Shown piece by piece: positions 26,335 to 38,628 of a DNA stretch of 64,000 bases. Made by a program: the position numbers and the translations under genes. This DNA is from Haliotis rufescens. Its lineage: Eukaryota. Within the stretch, counting starts at the first letter, position 1. Every line of letters starts with the position of its first letter. The DNA is taken from the NCBI RefSeq assembly GCF_023055435.1, contig NW_025964001.1, positions 1,116,001 to 1,180,000 of the forward strand, given 5' to 3'. The notes under the pieces are model-generated. The model saw nothing but the letters and a program-made list of their open reading frames with translations, did no database searches and had not been told where the DNA came from.

Positions 26335-27298
26335 GTTGGGGCCTCCCTGATACACGGGGTTTAGGCCTCCCTGATACACGTGGGTTGAGGCCTCCCTGAT
26401 ACACGTGGGTTGGGGCCTCCCTGATACATTTTGGTTGAGGCCTCCCTGATACATGTGGGTTGAGGCATCCCTGATACACTTTGGTTGAGGCGTCCCTAAT
26501 ACAAGTGGGTTGAGGCCTCCCTGATACACGTGGGTTTAGGCCTCCCTGATACACGTGGGTTGACGCCTCCATGATACATGTGGGTTTAGGCCTCCCTGAT
26601 ACACGTGGGTTGAGGCCTCCCTGATACACGTGGGTTTAGGCCTCCCTGATACACGTGGGTTGAGGCCTCCCTGATACACATGGGTTTAGGCCTCCCTGAT
26701 ACACATGGGTTGGGGCTCCCTGATACACATGGATTGGGGCCTCCCTGATACACGTGGGTTGAGGCCTCCCTGATACACGTGGGTTTAGGCCTCCCTGATA
26801 CACATGGGTTTAGGCCTCCCTGATACACGTGGGTTGAGGCCTCCCTGATACACGTGGGTTGAGGCCTCCATGATACATGTGGGTTGAGGCCTCCCTGATA
26901 CACATGGGTTGAGGCATCCCTGATACATTTTGGTTGAGGCCTCCCTGATACACGTGGGTTGAGGCCTCCCTGATACACGTGGGTTGAGGCCTCCCTGATA
27001 CACGTGGGTTAAGACCGCCCTGATACACGTGGGTTTAGGCCTCCCTGATACACGTGGGTTTAGGCCTCCCTGATACACGTGGGTTTAGGCCTCCCTGATA
27101 CACCTGGGTTGAGGCCTCCCTGATACACATGGGTTTAGGGCTCCCTGATACACGTTGGTTTAGGCCTCCCTGATACACGTGGGTTTAGGCCTCCCTGATA
27201 CACGTGGGTTGAGGCCTCCATGATACATGTGGGTTGAGGCCTCCCTGATACACGTGGGTTGAGGCCTCCCTGATACACGTGGGTTGGGGCCTCCCTGA
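26335..27298. repeat. Minisatellite, 25-bp unit
   Basis: GGGTTGAGGCCTCCCTGATACACGT; same core as 24770-25661. Confidence 0.95.
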
Positions 27299-27887
27299 AA
27301 AGACTGATTACATGAATGCCCAGAATGCCATCTGAATGCTAGACCCTAACAATCTGATGATCATGGCATTGTGATACTAGTACCGTATTTTACCGGGTTT
27401 CAGCTGAGTTTTCAAGATCAAAACCTAAGGTACATGAGGTTGGCCAAGACCTTTAACCAACGTTCTTTAGACATGTTTTGCAGGGATAAAACAAGTCTGA
27501 TAGAAATCTGTCATTTGCTTGTATAAACAATGTGCTCCATAAATTGGCAGAATTGTACAAACTATGATACTGACTGATGTCGCTCTATCACCAAGGTTGT
27601 ATGTGGACCAAGAATACAGAGACATGTGTCTCATAGCTTCCTTGTATGGTGACCTTGAGCTGTTGAATCCATGGATGTACTTCCATTCACTTTGTTGTTG
27701 TTTATGTGTTATGCTACAGGGGAATTATGTGTATTGGATAAGATAACAGATACTGACTATATGGGAAGAGTTTAGGTACAGGAATGTGTTTAACTCCCAT
27801 CAATTAACATCTGGATCAGTTTAAAGTCAAGAAAATTTTCAAATGAACAAATGGTTCAGTGACTGGAGACTGAATGTACCAGCAACA

Positions 27888-29240
27888 CTCACTTGAGACA
27901 GTCATCAGTAGAGACAGCCGGACACTTGAGACAGCCGTCAGTAGAGACAGTCGTCAGTAGAGACAGTCGGTCACTTGAGACGGTCAATCACTTGAGACAG
28001 CCGTCAGTAGAGACAGTCGGTCACTTGAGACGGTCAATCACTTGAGACAGTCGTCACTTGAGACAGCCGGACACTTGAGACAGCCGTCAGTAGAGACAGT
28101 TGGTCACTTGAAACATTCACTTGAGACAGCCAGTCATTAGAGACAGCTGGTCACTTGAGACAGTCAGTCACTTGAGACAGTCGTCAGTAGAGACAGCCGG
28201 ACACTTGAGACAGTCAGTCACTTGAGACAGTCAGTCACTTGAGACAGCCGAACACTTGAGACAGCCGTCAGTAGAGACAGTTGGTCACTTGAAACATTCA
28301 CTTGAAACAGTCAGTCACTTGAGACAGTCGTCAGTAGAGACAGCCGGACACTTGAGACAGTCATCAGTAGAGACAGCCGGTCACTTGAGACAGTCAGTCA
28401 CTTGAGACAGTCAGTCACTTGAGACAGTCAGTCACTTGAGACAGTCGTCAGTAGAGACAGCCGGACACTTGAGACAGTCATCAGTAGAGACAGCCGGTCA
28501 CTTGAGACAGCCGTCAGTAGAGACAGTCGGTCACTTGAGACGGTCAGTCACTTGAGACAGCCGTCAGTAGAGACAGTCGGTCACTTGAGACAGTCATCAG
28601 TAGAGACAGTCGGTCACTTGAGACAGCCGTTAGTAGAGACAGTCGATCACTTGAGACAGCCGTCAGTAGAGACAGTCGGTCACTTGAGACAGTCGTCAGT
28701 AGAGACAGTCGGTCACTTGAGACAGCCGTCAGTAGAGACAGTCGGTCACTTGAGACGGTCAGTCACTTGAGACAGTCAGTCACTTGAGACAGTCATCAGT
28801 AGAGAAAACCGGACACTTGAGACAGTCATCAGTAGAGACAGCCGGTCACTTGAGACAGCCGTCAGTAGAGACAGTCGGTCACTTGAGACGGTCAGTCACT
28901 TCAGACAGTCATCAGTAGAGACAGTCGGTCACTTGAGACATTCACTTGAGACAGTCAGTCACTAGAGACAATCAGTCACTTGAGACAGCCGGACACTTGA
29001 GACAGTCAGTCACTTGAGACAGTCGGTCACTTGAGACAGTCAGTCACTTGAGACAGCCGGACACTTGAGACAGTCAGTCACTTGAGACAGTCGGTCACTT
29101 GAGACAGTCAGTCACTTCAGACAGTCAGTCACATGAGACAGTCATTCACTTGTGACAGTCTGTCACTTTAGACAGTCTTCAGTAGAGAGAGACTGTCACT
29201 TGAGACAGTCTTTCACTTGAGCCAGTCTGTCACTTCTGAC
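27888..29240. repeat. Compound GTCACTTGAGACA / GTCAGTAGAGACA satellite
   Basis: Alternating 17-19 bp subunits. Confidence 0.9.
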
Positions 29241-31754
29241 AGTCGTCGGTACGTGCTGCGCAACCTGTCCACTGACTGGTGACTGACACTGGTGGCGTAC
29301 GTTGGGTCACCGGGATGTTTGGGTCTGTCTGTCCCTGCACTGGTCACTCGAGATGGTCTTCAGATATTGTTGTCCAGCAGGTCATACTGTCAGCCAGTTA
29401 CCGCTGTCATACAGATGTGGACCTACTACTCTGGTAGCACACAATCCACAGGGCGCTGACCTACTTCTCACTGTCTGGCCAGGGTATAAATAACTGTCGT
29501 CAGACTGGGACAAGATCAATATTTGGTAAACAGCTATCATTATTATGATGCAGTGGCTTCTCAGTGACAGACTGGTCACGCTCCAGCAGCTGTGATGGTT
29601 CTGCTTGGCTGACTCGAGCCCGAAGCCACCGACTGATGGATGGCGGAGACGAGACATTCTCTCCCCTTCAGTAATCACAGCTACTCAGTCGAATAAAACA
29701 AACTAATTTTGTTCTCATTGCAGACACATTTTGTCTGGGTTATAGAAATTATCTTCATTCTGACGTTCCTGAAGCCACAGTGATGGAGCGCTTCTTTGTT
29801 TTATCTGTAAACCTGGAGCAGACATGAAGAAGCAGACATGGGCCCACCATGATAAACAACATTAGCATGACTTGAGGGGACAGACACAGTGTGACATGAC
29901 CTGACAGTAATAGTTTAACTGAGTGTTATTGATAAATAGTGATAAATATTGATAAATATTGATAAATATTGCAGGTTGGGGAAGGAGGCTTCTTAGAGTT
30001 CCAGTGTTGTTTTCTGACTATTTTCTCTTGGTAGGGAATACAATCAATTTTGTCTTTTTTTTAAATTAGATTTTCGCTTATGATATTAGTAAAACAATAA
30101 TGTTGGCATTGAACTAATGTTGATCTAGTCGGGACATAAAAGGCCCATGATATGAGAAGGCACCGGTAGATGAGTTGTATATCACCAAGAAGGTCAGTTG
30201 GGGAAATTCTTGTGGAATGACATCAAGAATTTATAGCAGTAAAACCTTGCTAGCTCTAAATACTTGTGACATTCAAAAACATATCTACCTAGTTATCCCA
30301 ACATGTTGGAACTTAAACTCTGTAACAATGTGATGGCTGACGGTTATTGTATGGTTAGCGCTGACAATGTGCATATTTAAGCCTGGATTCTAAAATCGGT
30401 TTTATCACCTTTTTAGACCGCATATTTCATCGTAAATTAAGCCCTGGGCTTCGAAGGGTGGATATACATAGAAGGAACAAAAAATGGTGGTTGGAGTGTT
30501 TCTTTGAATGGTGTCTCTTCGTATTGAAATTTGTTGAAAGGCTCAGCTGACATTTTCTTCTATATTGTGCTGCTCCATGAACCAGATGAAAGTACAACCT
30601 ATGCTGAACCATGCTTAACACATAGTAACTACAGGGGGGGTCAATACATGTGTTGTATCTAACCACCTAACTCATGCCAATAGTGCGACATATTCCCATA
30701 ATGAATCAGTGGTGTTCAAACAACAGGGGAATTGATTTTGTTAATCAGTTAATTTTTCTCAATTAGTGTCAGTAACTTCGATTAATTAACTCTGATATTT
30801 AATGATTACATGATCCAGCAGTCTCAACTGACGAAGGAGACTAGCAAGGCCATGTGCTCGGACCAGGTCAATCAGTGTATTTGCATTGTAACTTGCTAAT
30901 ATGGGTATTTCCTTACCTAAATTATTTGTAACCTTTACAAAACAATCATGTAAACACATTTAAACACAACAATTGATTTAACTGATGTTTGTTGCAATGG
31001 TTGTGCAGCAAGATCCTTGTGACACATGGTTACCATGTCTTGGAGGTGGGGTGGGGTGGTGGTGGCAATAATGACCCTCCCCTAGAGACTGTCAAATTTT
31101 GGGGTGACTCTCCCCTTACTCCCTCTGATGCATCTACCCCTATAATAAATGACCGGTCCCTTAAGCATCCGAAAGGCCCTAAAAGGGTATTTATTATGCT
31201 GTCTACAGGGGATGGAGGCTTATTGTTGTCTTGGATTTATGTTGGCTACGTGGACTAGGGAAGGTGTGATGTGAGAGACACCCGATATCGTGGGGGTGGG
31301 TCGGGTTTAGGGCACAAAGGCTGTGGGACGTTATTACCTGGATGTAAGTCAGGGCAATATGGTAAATGAGTGGCACCAACAAAGAGTTGGGTCACAGCTC
31401 ACAGCCGTACCAATTTGTCAGTATTATGTTATAGTGCTCCCAGTCCGTGGTACTTAGTGTGGTTGCCAACCTTGACGTGGAGGGACTTCATTATACAGCG
31501 AGTCTTGAGGGATGAATTAGCAAGGTTTAACATATATGTTTACCTAATTTCGGTGCAGTCTTTCTTAAGTATAGTTTCAGATTGGAGTTTTGTGTTTCAA
31601 TGTAACTGGGTGCACTTGGTGTCGAAGGAGTTACTGGTAACAAGTTCCTGGGGTAGAGTTACTGATCTTGAGATGATAATGTTGATGTATTAGTCGTCAG
31701 TATGCCTTTGTTTACTGGTGGAAGGACTTCCCCAAATTGTGGCATTTCATGTTT

Positions 31755-32408
31755 CGCAGACAAGTTTTGCTTTATATGATAATCTCTATGAGTTTTAGTG
31801 TAACAGACAAGTCTTGCTTCACGTGATAATCTCTATGACATTTAGTGTTTAACAGACAAGCCTTGCTTCACTTAATAATCTCTATGAGTTTAGTGTTTAA
31901 CAGACAAGCCTTGCTTCACTTAATAATCTCTATGAGTTTTAGTGTTTAACAGACAAGCCTTGCTTCACTTAATAATCTCTATGAGTTTTAGTGTTTAACA
32001 GACAAGCCTTGCTTCACTTAATAATCTCTATGAGTTTTAGTGTTGAACAGACAAGCCTTGCTTCACTTAATAATCTCTATGAGTTTTAGTGTTTAACAGA
32101 CAAGCCTTGCTTCACTTAATAATCTCTATGAGTTTTAGTGTTTAACAGACAAGCCTTGCTTCACTTAATAATCTCTATGAGTTTTAGTGTTTAACAGACA
32201 AGACTTGCTTCACTTAATAATCTCTATGAGTTTTAGTGTTGAACAGACAAGCCTTGCTTCACTTAATAATCTCTATGAGTTTTAGTGTTTAACAGACAAG
32301 CCTTGCTTCACTTAATAATCTCTATGAGTTTTAGTGTTTAACAGACAAGCCTTGCTTCACTTAATAATCTCTATGAGTTTTAGTGTTGAACAGACAAGAC
32401 TTGCTTCA
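31755..32408. repeat. Minisatellite, 49-bp unit
   Basis: AACAGACAAGCCTTGCTTCACTTAATAATCTCTATGAGTTTTAGTGTTT. Confidence 0.95.
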
Positions 32409-33075
32409 CATTATATTCAGGTGTGGTGTTCATCTGTTCATCTCATCCGAGAGTGTTGGTGGTTCACATTTTATGAGTTGAAACCTTTGAGATGTATCAG
32501 TTGTGTTTCCTTTTGAATATATTTCCACATTTCAGTATTTGTCTTACTTGTTGGTTTCATACAAGTGAGCGCTATGAGTCAGTGGGCATTTCTGTGCTTT
32601 CAGCAGCTATGCAGCACTTTAATGTCACGGGGACCCACACTTTTACTATTAAATACCCATTCCGATTCAGTACCTGGAGTGAATGGAAACCTTGTCTATG
32701 GTGAGCAGGGACAGTTATTTCACAAGGCGATCTGCACTACGACTGTCACAGATTAAAGTTTAAGCATGTGATTTACGATCGTCTTAACAATAAAATCACT
32801 TTGTGGAATTGAGACCAGGGCCCAGTTTCGTGAAACGATCGTATGGCTTTGACTGTCGTGCGTCTATGAGAAAGGATGCACTAAGATTGTTTTGTGGACT
32901 TGAGACTAGGGCGAGGTTTCACGAATAGATCATATGGCTTTGACTGTCGTATGTCGATGATAGAGGATGGGAGTTTCGGTTTTGTTAGCACTAAGATCGC
33001 TTTGTTGAACCTTACAGTAATGTCTGATGATAGTTGTGTGTGTACCTGGAACTGAATATTGTCTTTGACACACAG

Positions 33076-33188
33076 GGAGTCAGCGCAAAGAAAGGAAGAG
33101 CAGTGGAGGCAGCGCAGGGAAGGGGAAACGTTGTCGTGCTGACTCCACCGACGCCGCTATCAATTCCACAAGCGGAGGATCGGCCAAG
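33076..33188 (+). CDS. ESR: Estrogen receptor exon, hinge with basic NLS-like stretch
   Basis: GSQRKERKSSGGSAGKGKRCRADSTDAAINSTSGGSAK; CACAG acceptor, AAG|GTGAG donor; phases fit both neighbours. Confidence 0.9.
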
Positions 33189-33515
33189 GTGAGATTACAT
33201 CTAGTCAGGATAGCTAGAAGACTATAGGACTATTGTTTGGCTGTTTTGCATTGTTAAACAAATATGGTAGGAACAATATTCCATATGGGACTTTGCCACA
33301 AAACTAGTTAGCGTTAGTTTTGTAATTTTAGTTTTCATAGTTTACACTTTACTTGAGGATAATACTGACAATTTAATCATGCTGTTTACATTTTTTAACA
33401 TGGGTTTTGAATTTCTCTGTAGTTGATGGTATGCATTATGATTATGGGGAGTTGTTTGTTAAAATATGGGATTGCTTGCCAAACAACTAATTGGTGTAAC
33501 TGTTTTTGGTGTCAG

Positions 33516-33696
33516 TGCGCCAAGCGGTCTCGGTGTCACATGATTCTAGAGGCGCTGCAGAAAGCTGACCTCCCTGTGCTGGAGAGTTACCACAACCACA
33601 ACTTGCCACCCACTCGCATCCATCTACTGAACACACTCGTCAAGCTGGCGGACAGAGAACTAGTCTACTTGATAAACTGGGCCAAGCACGTCCCAG
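33516..33696 (+). CDS. ESR: Estrogen receptor exon, LBD H1-H3
   Basis: ...ILEALQKADLP...LLNTLVKLADRELVYLINWAKHVPG matches the ER LBD H3 signature. Confidence 0.95.
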
Positions 33697-33977
33697 GTAC
33701 GACACAGTCACACTGGACATATTGGGGATATAGCAGTCGCATCCGTTTGTTCTTTCTAGATGATCAACTTGTATGAGTTGTGAGGCTGTTCTGTATTATG
33801 TGTGACATGTTTCCTGATAAAGGAACACTGAAATAGTGAAGCGTCATGTTTTCTGCTGTCAACAGTCGTAGTCTATTTAAAAAGTACAGGGGTTGCAATA
33901 ACCTTAGCACTCCAATAGCTTTGTGGAATGGACCCTGGATGTTTTTTATTCTGGGCAGAATAATGTCGACACAATTT

Positions 33978-34128
33978 GTTGTGTGACTTGAGGACCATGT
34001 GTTGCTACATGTGTGTTGTGTGACTTGAGGACCATGTGTTGCTACATGTGTGTTGTGTGACTTGAGGACCATGTGTGTTGTGTGACTTGAGGACCATGTG
34101 TTACTATATGTGTGTTGTGTGACTTCAG
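33978..34128. repeat. ~37-bp minisatellite whose last copy forms the ER acceptor
   Basis: GTTGTGTGACTTGAGG... x4, then GTTGTGTGACTTCAG|G. Confidence 0.85.
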
Positions 34129-34270
34129 GCTACACAGATCTGTCGCTGAGTGACCAAGTGCACCTGATAGAGTGCTGCTGGATGGAGCTACTTCTCCTTA
34201 ACTGTGCATTTCGATCAATGGACCACGAGGGCAAGAGGCTAGTGTTTGCCCCGGACTTCCATTTAGATCG
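34129..34270 (+). CDS. ESR: Estrogen receptor exon, LBD H4-H5 and beta turn
   Basis: [48 protein letters not shown]; TTCAG acceptor, CG|GTCAGT donor. Confidence 0.95.
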
Positions 34271-34314
34271 GTCAGTGTTTTCACCTGTGTAGTTTTGTAG
34301 ATTTCTATCAGCCA

Positions 34315-35090
34315 GAATCACATAGTTAATGAGTGTTACCTGAATCAGTAGTTGAGTATTACCTGAATCACATAGTTAATGAGTGTTACCTGAATCAATG
34401 GTTGAGTATTACCTGAATCACAAAGTTAAGGAGTGTTACCTGAATCAATGGTTGAGTATTACCTGAATCACAAAGTTAAGGAGTGTTACCTGAATCAATG
34501 GTTGAGTATTACCTGAATCACAAAGTTAAGGAGTGTTACCTGAATCAATGGTTGAGTATTACCTGAATCACAAAGTTAATGAGTGTTACCTGAATCACAT
34601 AGTTGAGTATTACCTGAATCATCAAGTTAATGAGTGTTACCTGAATCACATAGTTGAATGTTACCTGAATCAATGGTTGAGTATTACCTAAATCAATGGT
34701 TGAGTATTACCTGAATCACATGGTTAATGAGTGTTACCTGAATCACATAGTTGAATGTTACCTGAATCAATGGTTGAGTATTACCTGAATCAATGGTTGA
34801 ATATTACCTGAATCACATAGTTAATGAGTGTTACCTGAATCAATAGTTGAGTATTACCTGAATCAATAGTTGAGTATTACCTGAATCAATAGTTGAGTAT
34901 TACCTGAATCACATAGTTGAATGTTACCTGAATCACAAAGTTAAGGAGTGTTACCTGAATCAATAGTTGAGTATTACCTGAATCAATAGTTGAGTATTAC
35001 CTGAATCAATAGTTGAGTATTACCTGAATCACATAGTTAATGAGTATTACATAAATCACATAGTTGAGTGTTACATGAATCAATAGTTGA
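34315..35090. repeat. 23-27 bp minisatellite filling most of an ER intron
   Basis: GTTGAGTATTACCTGAATCAATG / CACATAGTTAATGAGTGTTACCTGAAT. Confidence 0.9.
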
Positions 35091-35175
35091 TTATTTCCTG
35101 TCTCACATGGTAGATGAGTGTTATCTGTCTCCCATGGTTGAGAGGTGGAGGACTGACGCGATCTTTGTGTTGCAG

Positions 35176-35306
35176 CCACCACTGGAACATCACGGGGATG
35201 ACGGAGATCCTGGAGCAGGTGGCCGCGGTGTCTGAGCAGATGGTGCAATATAGTGTAGGCAAAGAGGAGCTGCTGCTACTCCAAGCTACAGTATTAGTCA
35301 ATGCAG
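35176..35306 (+). CDS. ESR: Estrogen receptor exon, LBD H6-H8
   Basis: RHHWNITGMTEILEQVAAVSEQMVQYSVGKEELLLLQATVLVNA; first of 17 repeated CAG|GT donors. Confidence 0.93.
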
Positions 35307-36215
35307 GTCAGTACATTGTTGCACAGCCTAGCTACAGTATAGCTACAGTATTAGTCAATGCAGGTCAGTACATTGTTGCACAGCCTAGCTACAGTATAGC
35401 TACAGTATTAGTCAATGCAGGTCAGTACATTGTTGTACAGCCTAGCTACAGTATAGCTACAGTATTAATCAATGCAGGTCAGTACATTGTTGCACAGCCT
35501 AGCTACAGTATAGCTACAGTATTAATCAATGCAGGTCAGTACATTGTTGCACAGCCTAGCTACAGTATAGCTACAGTATTAATCAATGCAGGTCAGTACA
35601 TTGTTGCACAGCCTAGCTACAGTATAGCTACAGTATTAATCAATGCAGGTCAGTACATTGTTGCACAGCCTAGCTACAGTATAGCTACAGTATTAGTCAA
35701 TGCAGGTCAGTACATTGTTGCACAGCCTAGCTACAGTATAGCTGCAGTATTAGTCAATGCAGGTCAGTACATTGTTGCACAGTTTAGCTACAGTATTATT
35801 CAATGCAGGTTGGTACATTGTTGCACAGCCTAGCTACAGTATAGCTACAGTATTATTCAATGCAGGTCAGTGCATTGATGCACAGCCTAGCTACAGTATA
35901 GCTACAGTATTAATCAATGCAGGTCAGTACATTGTTGCACAGCCTAGCTACAGTATAGCTACAGTATTAGTCAATGCAGGTCAGTACATTGTTGCACAGC
36001 CTAGCTACAGTATAGCTGCAGTATTAGTCAATGCAGGTCAGTACATTGTTGCACAGTTTAGCTACAGTATTATTCAATGCAGGTTGGTACATTGTTGCAC
36101 AGCCTAGCTACAGTATAGCTACAGTATTATTCAATGCAGGTCAGTGCATTGATGCACAGCCTAGCTACAGTATAGCTACAGTATTAGTCAATGCAGGTCA
36201 GTACACTGATACACA
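35285..36215 (+). repeat. 57-bp minisatellite spanning the ER exon-intron junction, 17 copies
   Basis: GCTACAGTATTAGTCAATGCAG|GTCAGTACATTGTTGCACAGCCTAGCTACAGTATA. Confidence 0.97.
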
Positions 36216-36680
36216 GCCACCTTGCAGTATTAATACCATGGTACTTAAAGTCAATTACCATCTGTACAATTTTCAACTAAATTAAAAAAAACCTTGTATA
36301 GTTTGTAGCACTACATGAACACACAATGATATCAAATAGAGGAGTCATTATTCTCACCCAACACATCTCTAGCACCCAAGTCCTGCAGGATACATTGCCA
36401 CCTAGCCACACTGACACTGAATAATATCTCTTAACGACACCCACGACAATTCATGAACGGCTCCTCTCAATGATTATTTCGTCATTATCAAAACAGGAAA
36501 TCTAGTCCTATCGTGCTCAAACAAGGAAATGAGTTAAAAGAAATTCCTAATTTAACCACAAACAGTATCAAATATCATTTGATCAAGGTTTCTCATTCAA
36601 AAAAAACATTTTAAATTTATTTTGTGTATTCTTTCTAATTTAATCAATGTATCAATATCAGATGTATTTTGTGTATTCAG

Positions 36681-36964
36681 AAGTGCGACGGCTGGCGAGT
36701 TTTAGCAAGATCCAAGAAATGCGTCAGCTAATTGTGGGGGCGTTGATGGAGGTTGTGCAGAAATACCACGCGGACGACGTCCAGCACTTCGCCTCCATGC
36801 TGCTGCTCCTAACCCACATCCGACAGGCGGGCGAGCGCGGCATCGCGTGCTTCCAGCAGCTGAAGCGAGAGGGCTGCGTTACATTCTGTGATCTGCTCAC
36901 CGAGATGCTCGAGGCCCACAATTCCACAGCGGAGAGAAAGCAAGAACTGGAACAACTTGACTGA
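36681..36964 (+). CDS. ESR: Estrogen receptor last coding exon, LBD H9-H12 (AF-2) and stop
   Basis: EVRRLASF...LLLLTHIRQAGERGIACFQQLKREGCVTFCDLLTEMLEAH...; TGA at 36962-36964. Confidence 0.95.
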
Positions 36965-38240
36965 TGCATGTAGAATGTGATGCAGTCACTTCCTCCCAGC
37001 CACACTAGTGATGCATTATGGGAACGTAGCTGAAATGCATCCTGGGAGTGTGTGATAACGTGCATCTTGATCCAAAGAGCAAGCTAATTTCAGTGATAAA
37101 GTTTTGTATGATAGTGACTGTGCTACAGTTCGTTGGAGAGATTGTGGACGACTTCTATTTTTAAGTAATAATGTGATTTTTTTTTTTTTTTGAGGTAATG
37201 ATATTGTTTTGCATATGGCACCAAGTGCATTGTTAATACTACGCTGTGTTGTGCGGGAATTGTAGGTGGCGCTCGTCCCTGCCTGCCTTCCATCTTATTG
37301 AACTTGTTGTGTATAATCTGGCTGTAAGCTTCACTACTACGTCATGTCATCAATGTGCTTGTTAGTTCTGTGTTCCGAGGGCCTCTAAGTGTCCCTCTTG
37401 CATCTCCTATGCATCCATGCTCATCACCATCACGTCATCGTCACGTAACTTCATGGCCACAGCCGCTTCATCAACCATCTGCCATCATGCATTTAATATT
37501 TCTTGTATTGTGCTGTCTTGTTCTAGACCCGTCACCAAGTGACAATATAATATATGTATAAAGCTGTTTGTATGATAAGAATCAACATCTTGACGTGATG
37601 TAAGCACATGAATTGTTTCACCCTCCTCAACGTTCCCTGTCATGGCCGATCACCTTTGTGTCGCAATCCCACCATTTTAAGTACCATAATTATTCTAGTA
37701 ATTCAGACAGAAAATAAATTATATTTCATGTATGCGCATAATAAATGTGGAAATTATTACTTGGAAAACAGATTTAATGTCAAGATTGACATGAAGAATT
37801 GCCTTTTGTCAAGGATGCAAAATTTTAAGTAAACCTTGATGAAATATTTCATGGTTTTGCGGTTTGAATAATTATGGTAACATGAAATCGGTTTCATCCT
37901 GTATGAATATTGTTAAATGGTTTTATCTTCAGATTGAGAGGAGCTACCAATTGCCCAGAATTAAATGTGTTTGTATTATTAGAATAATTACATGGTGTAG
38001 CAGCCGACGGACTATGCTGCCCTTTGTGTGTGTTGACACACAGACAGGTTGAAGGTCACCAGTGTGTATCTAATACATACAGCAATGACCTGCAAGGTCG
38101 CGAATAGTCTAGGTCACCAGAGGATGGAGGACTGTCCTGAAACTAAGTAACTATTTTTGTATGAATAAGTGAAGAGAAAGTATTTCAAAATATTGATGTT
38201 AAGGTGGCTACATTTAGACATATATTTAACAACTTTTATA

Positions 38241-38628
38241 TACTACTCAAAAGAAGTAAAAGAACACCCCATTCTTTCATATTACTTCATTTAGTCTGTG
38301 ATGGCAGAGAGGGGGCGGTCGGGTAGCCTTGTGGTTAGAGCGTTCGCTCGTCACGCCAAAAACCCTGGTTCAATTCCAGACATGGGTACAATGACGTAAA
38401 ACCATACTCACTCACTCAGTTTTGCATTTCTTACTATATTATGCAAATGAAGTAAGAAATGTGAAACTGAATGTTTAACTTTAACTCAACTTTTGTACAC
38501 AAAAGCCTGTGGCCTATATGTATTGGAAATAAAATGATTGATTGACTCACTCACTCACTCACTGTGATAGCAGATTAACTGTAGTGATTTGAAGGAAACG
38601 AGTGTTCTTTAACTTCTTTTGAGTAGTA
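38241..38628. mobile_element. Tc1/mariner-type MITE with a nested SINE chimera
   Basis: 27-bp TIRs TACTACTCAAAAGAAGTAAAAGAACAC (38241-38267 / 38602-38628, 1 mismatch) flanked by TA; SINE A at about 38309-38418 lies inside. Confidence 0.75.

Noticed and set aside
35296-35320. Read-through LVNAGQYIV resembles human ERalpha LLNSGVYTF
   Set aside because: The match is short and partly dictated by the G|GT donor; the downstream exon supplies the expected continuation EVRRL.
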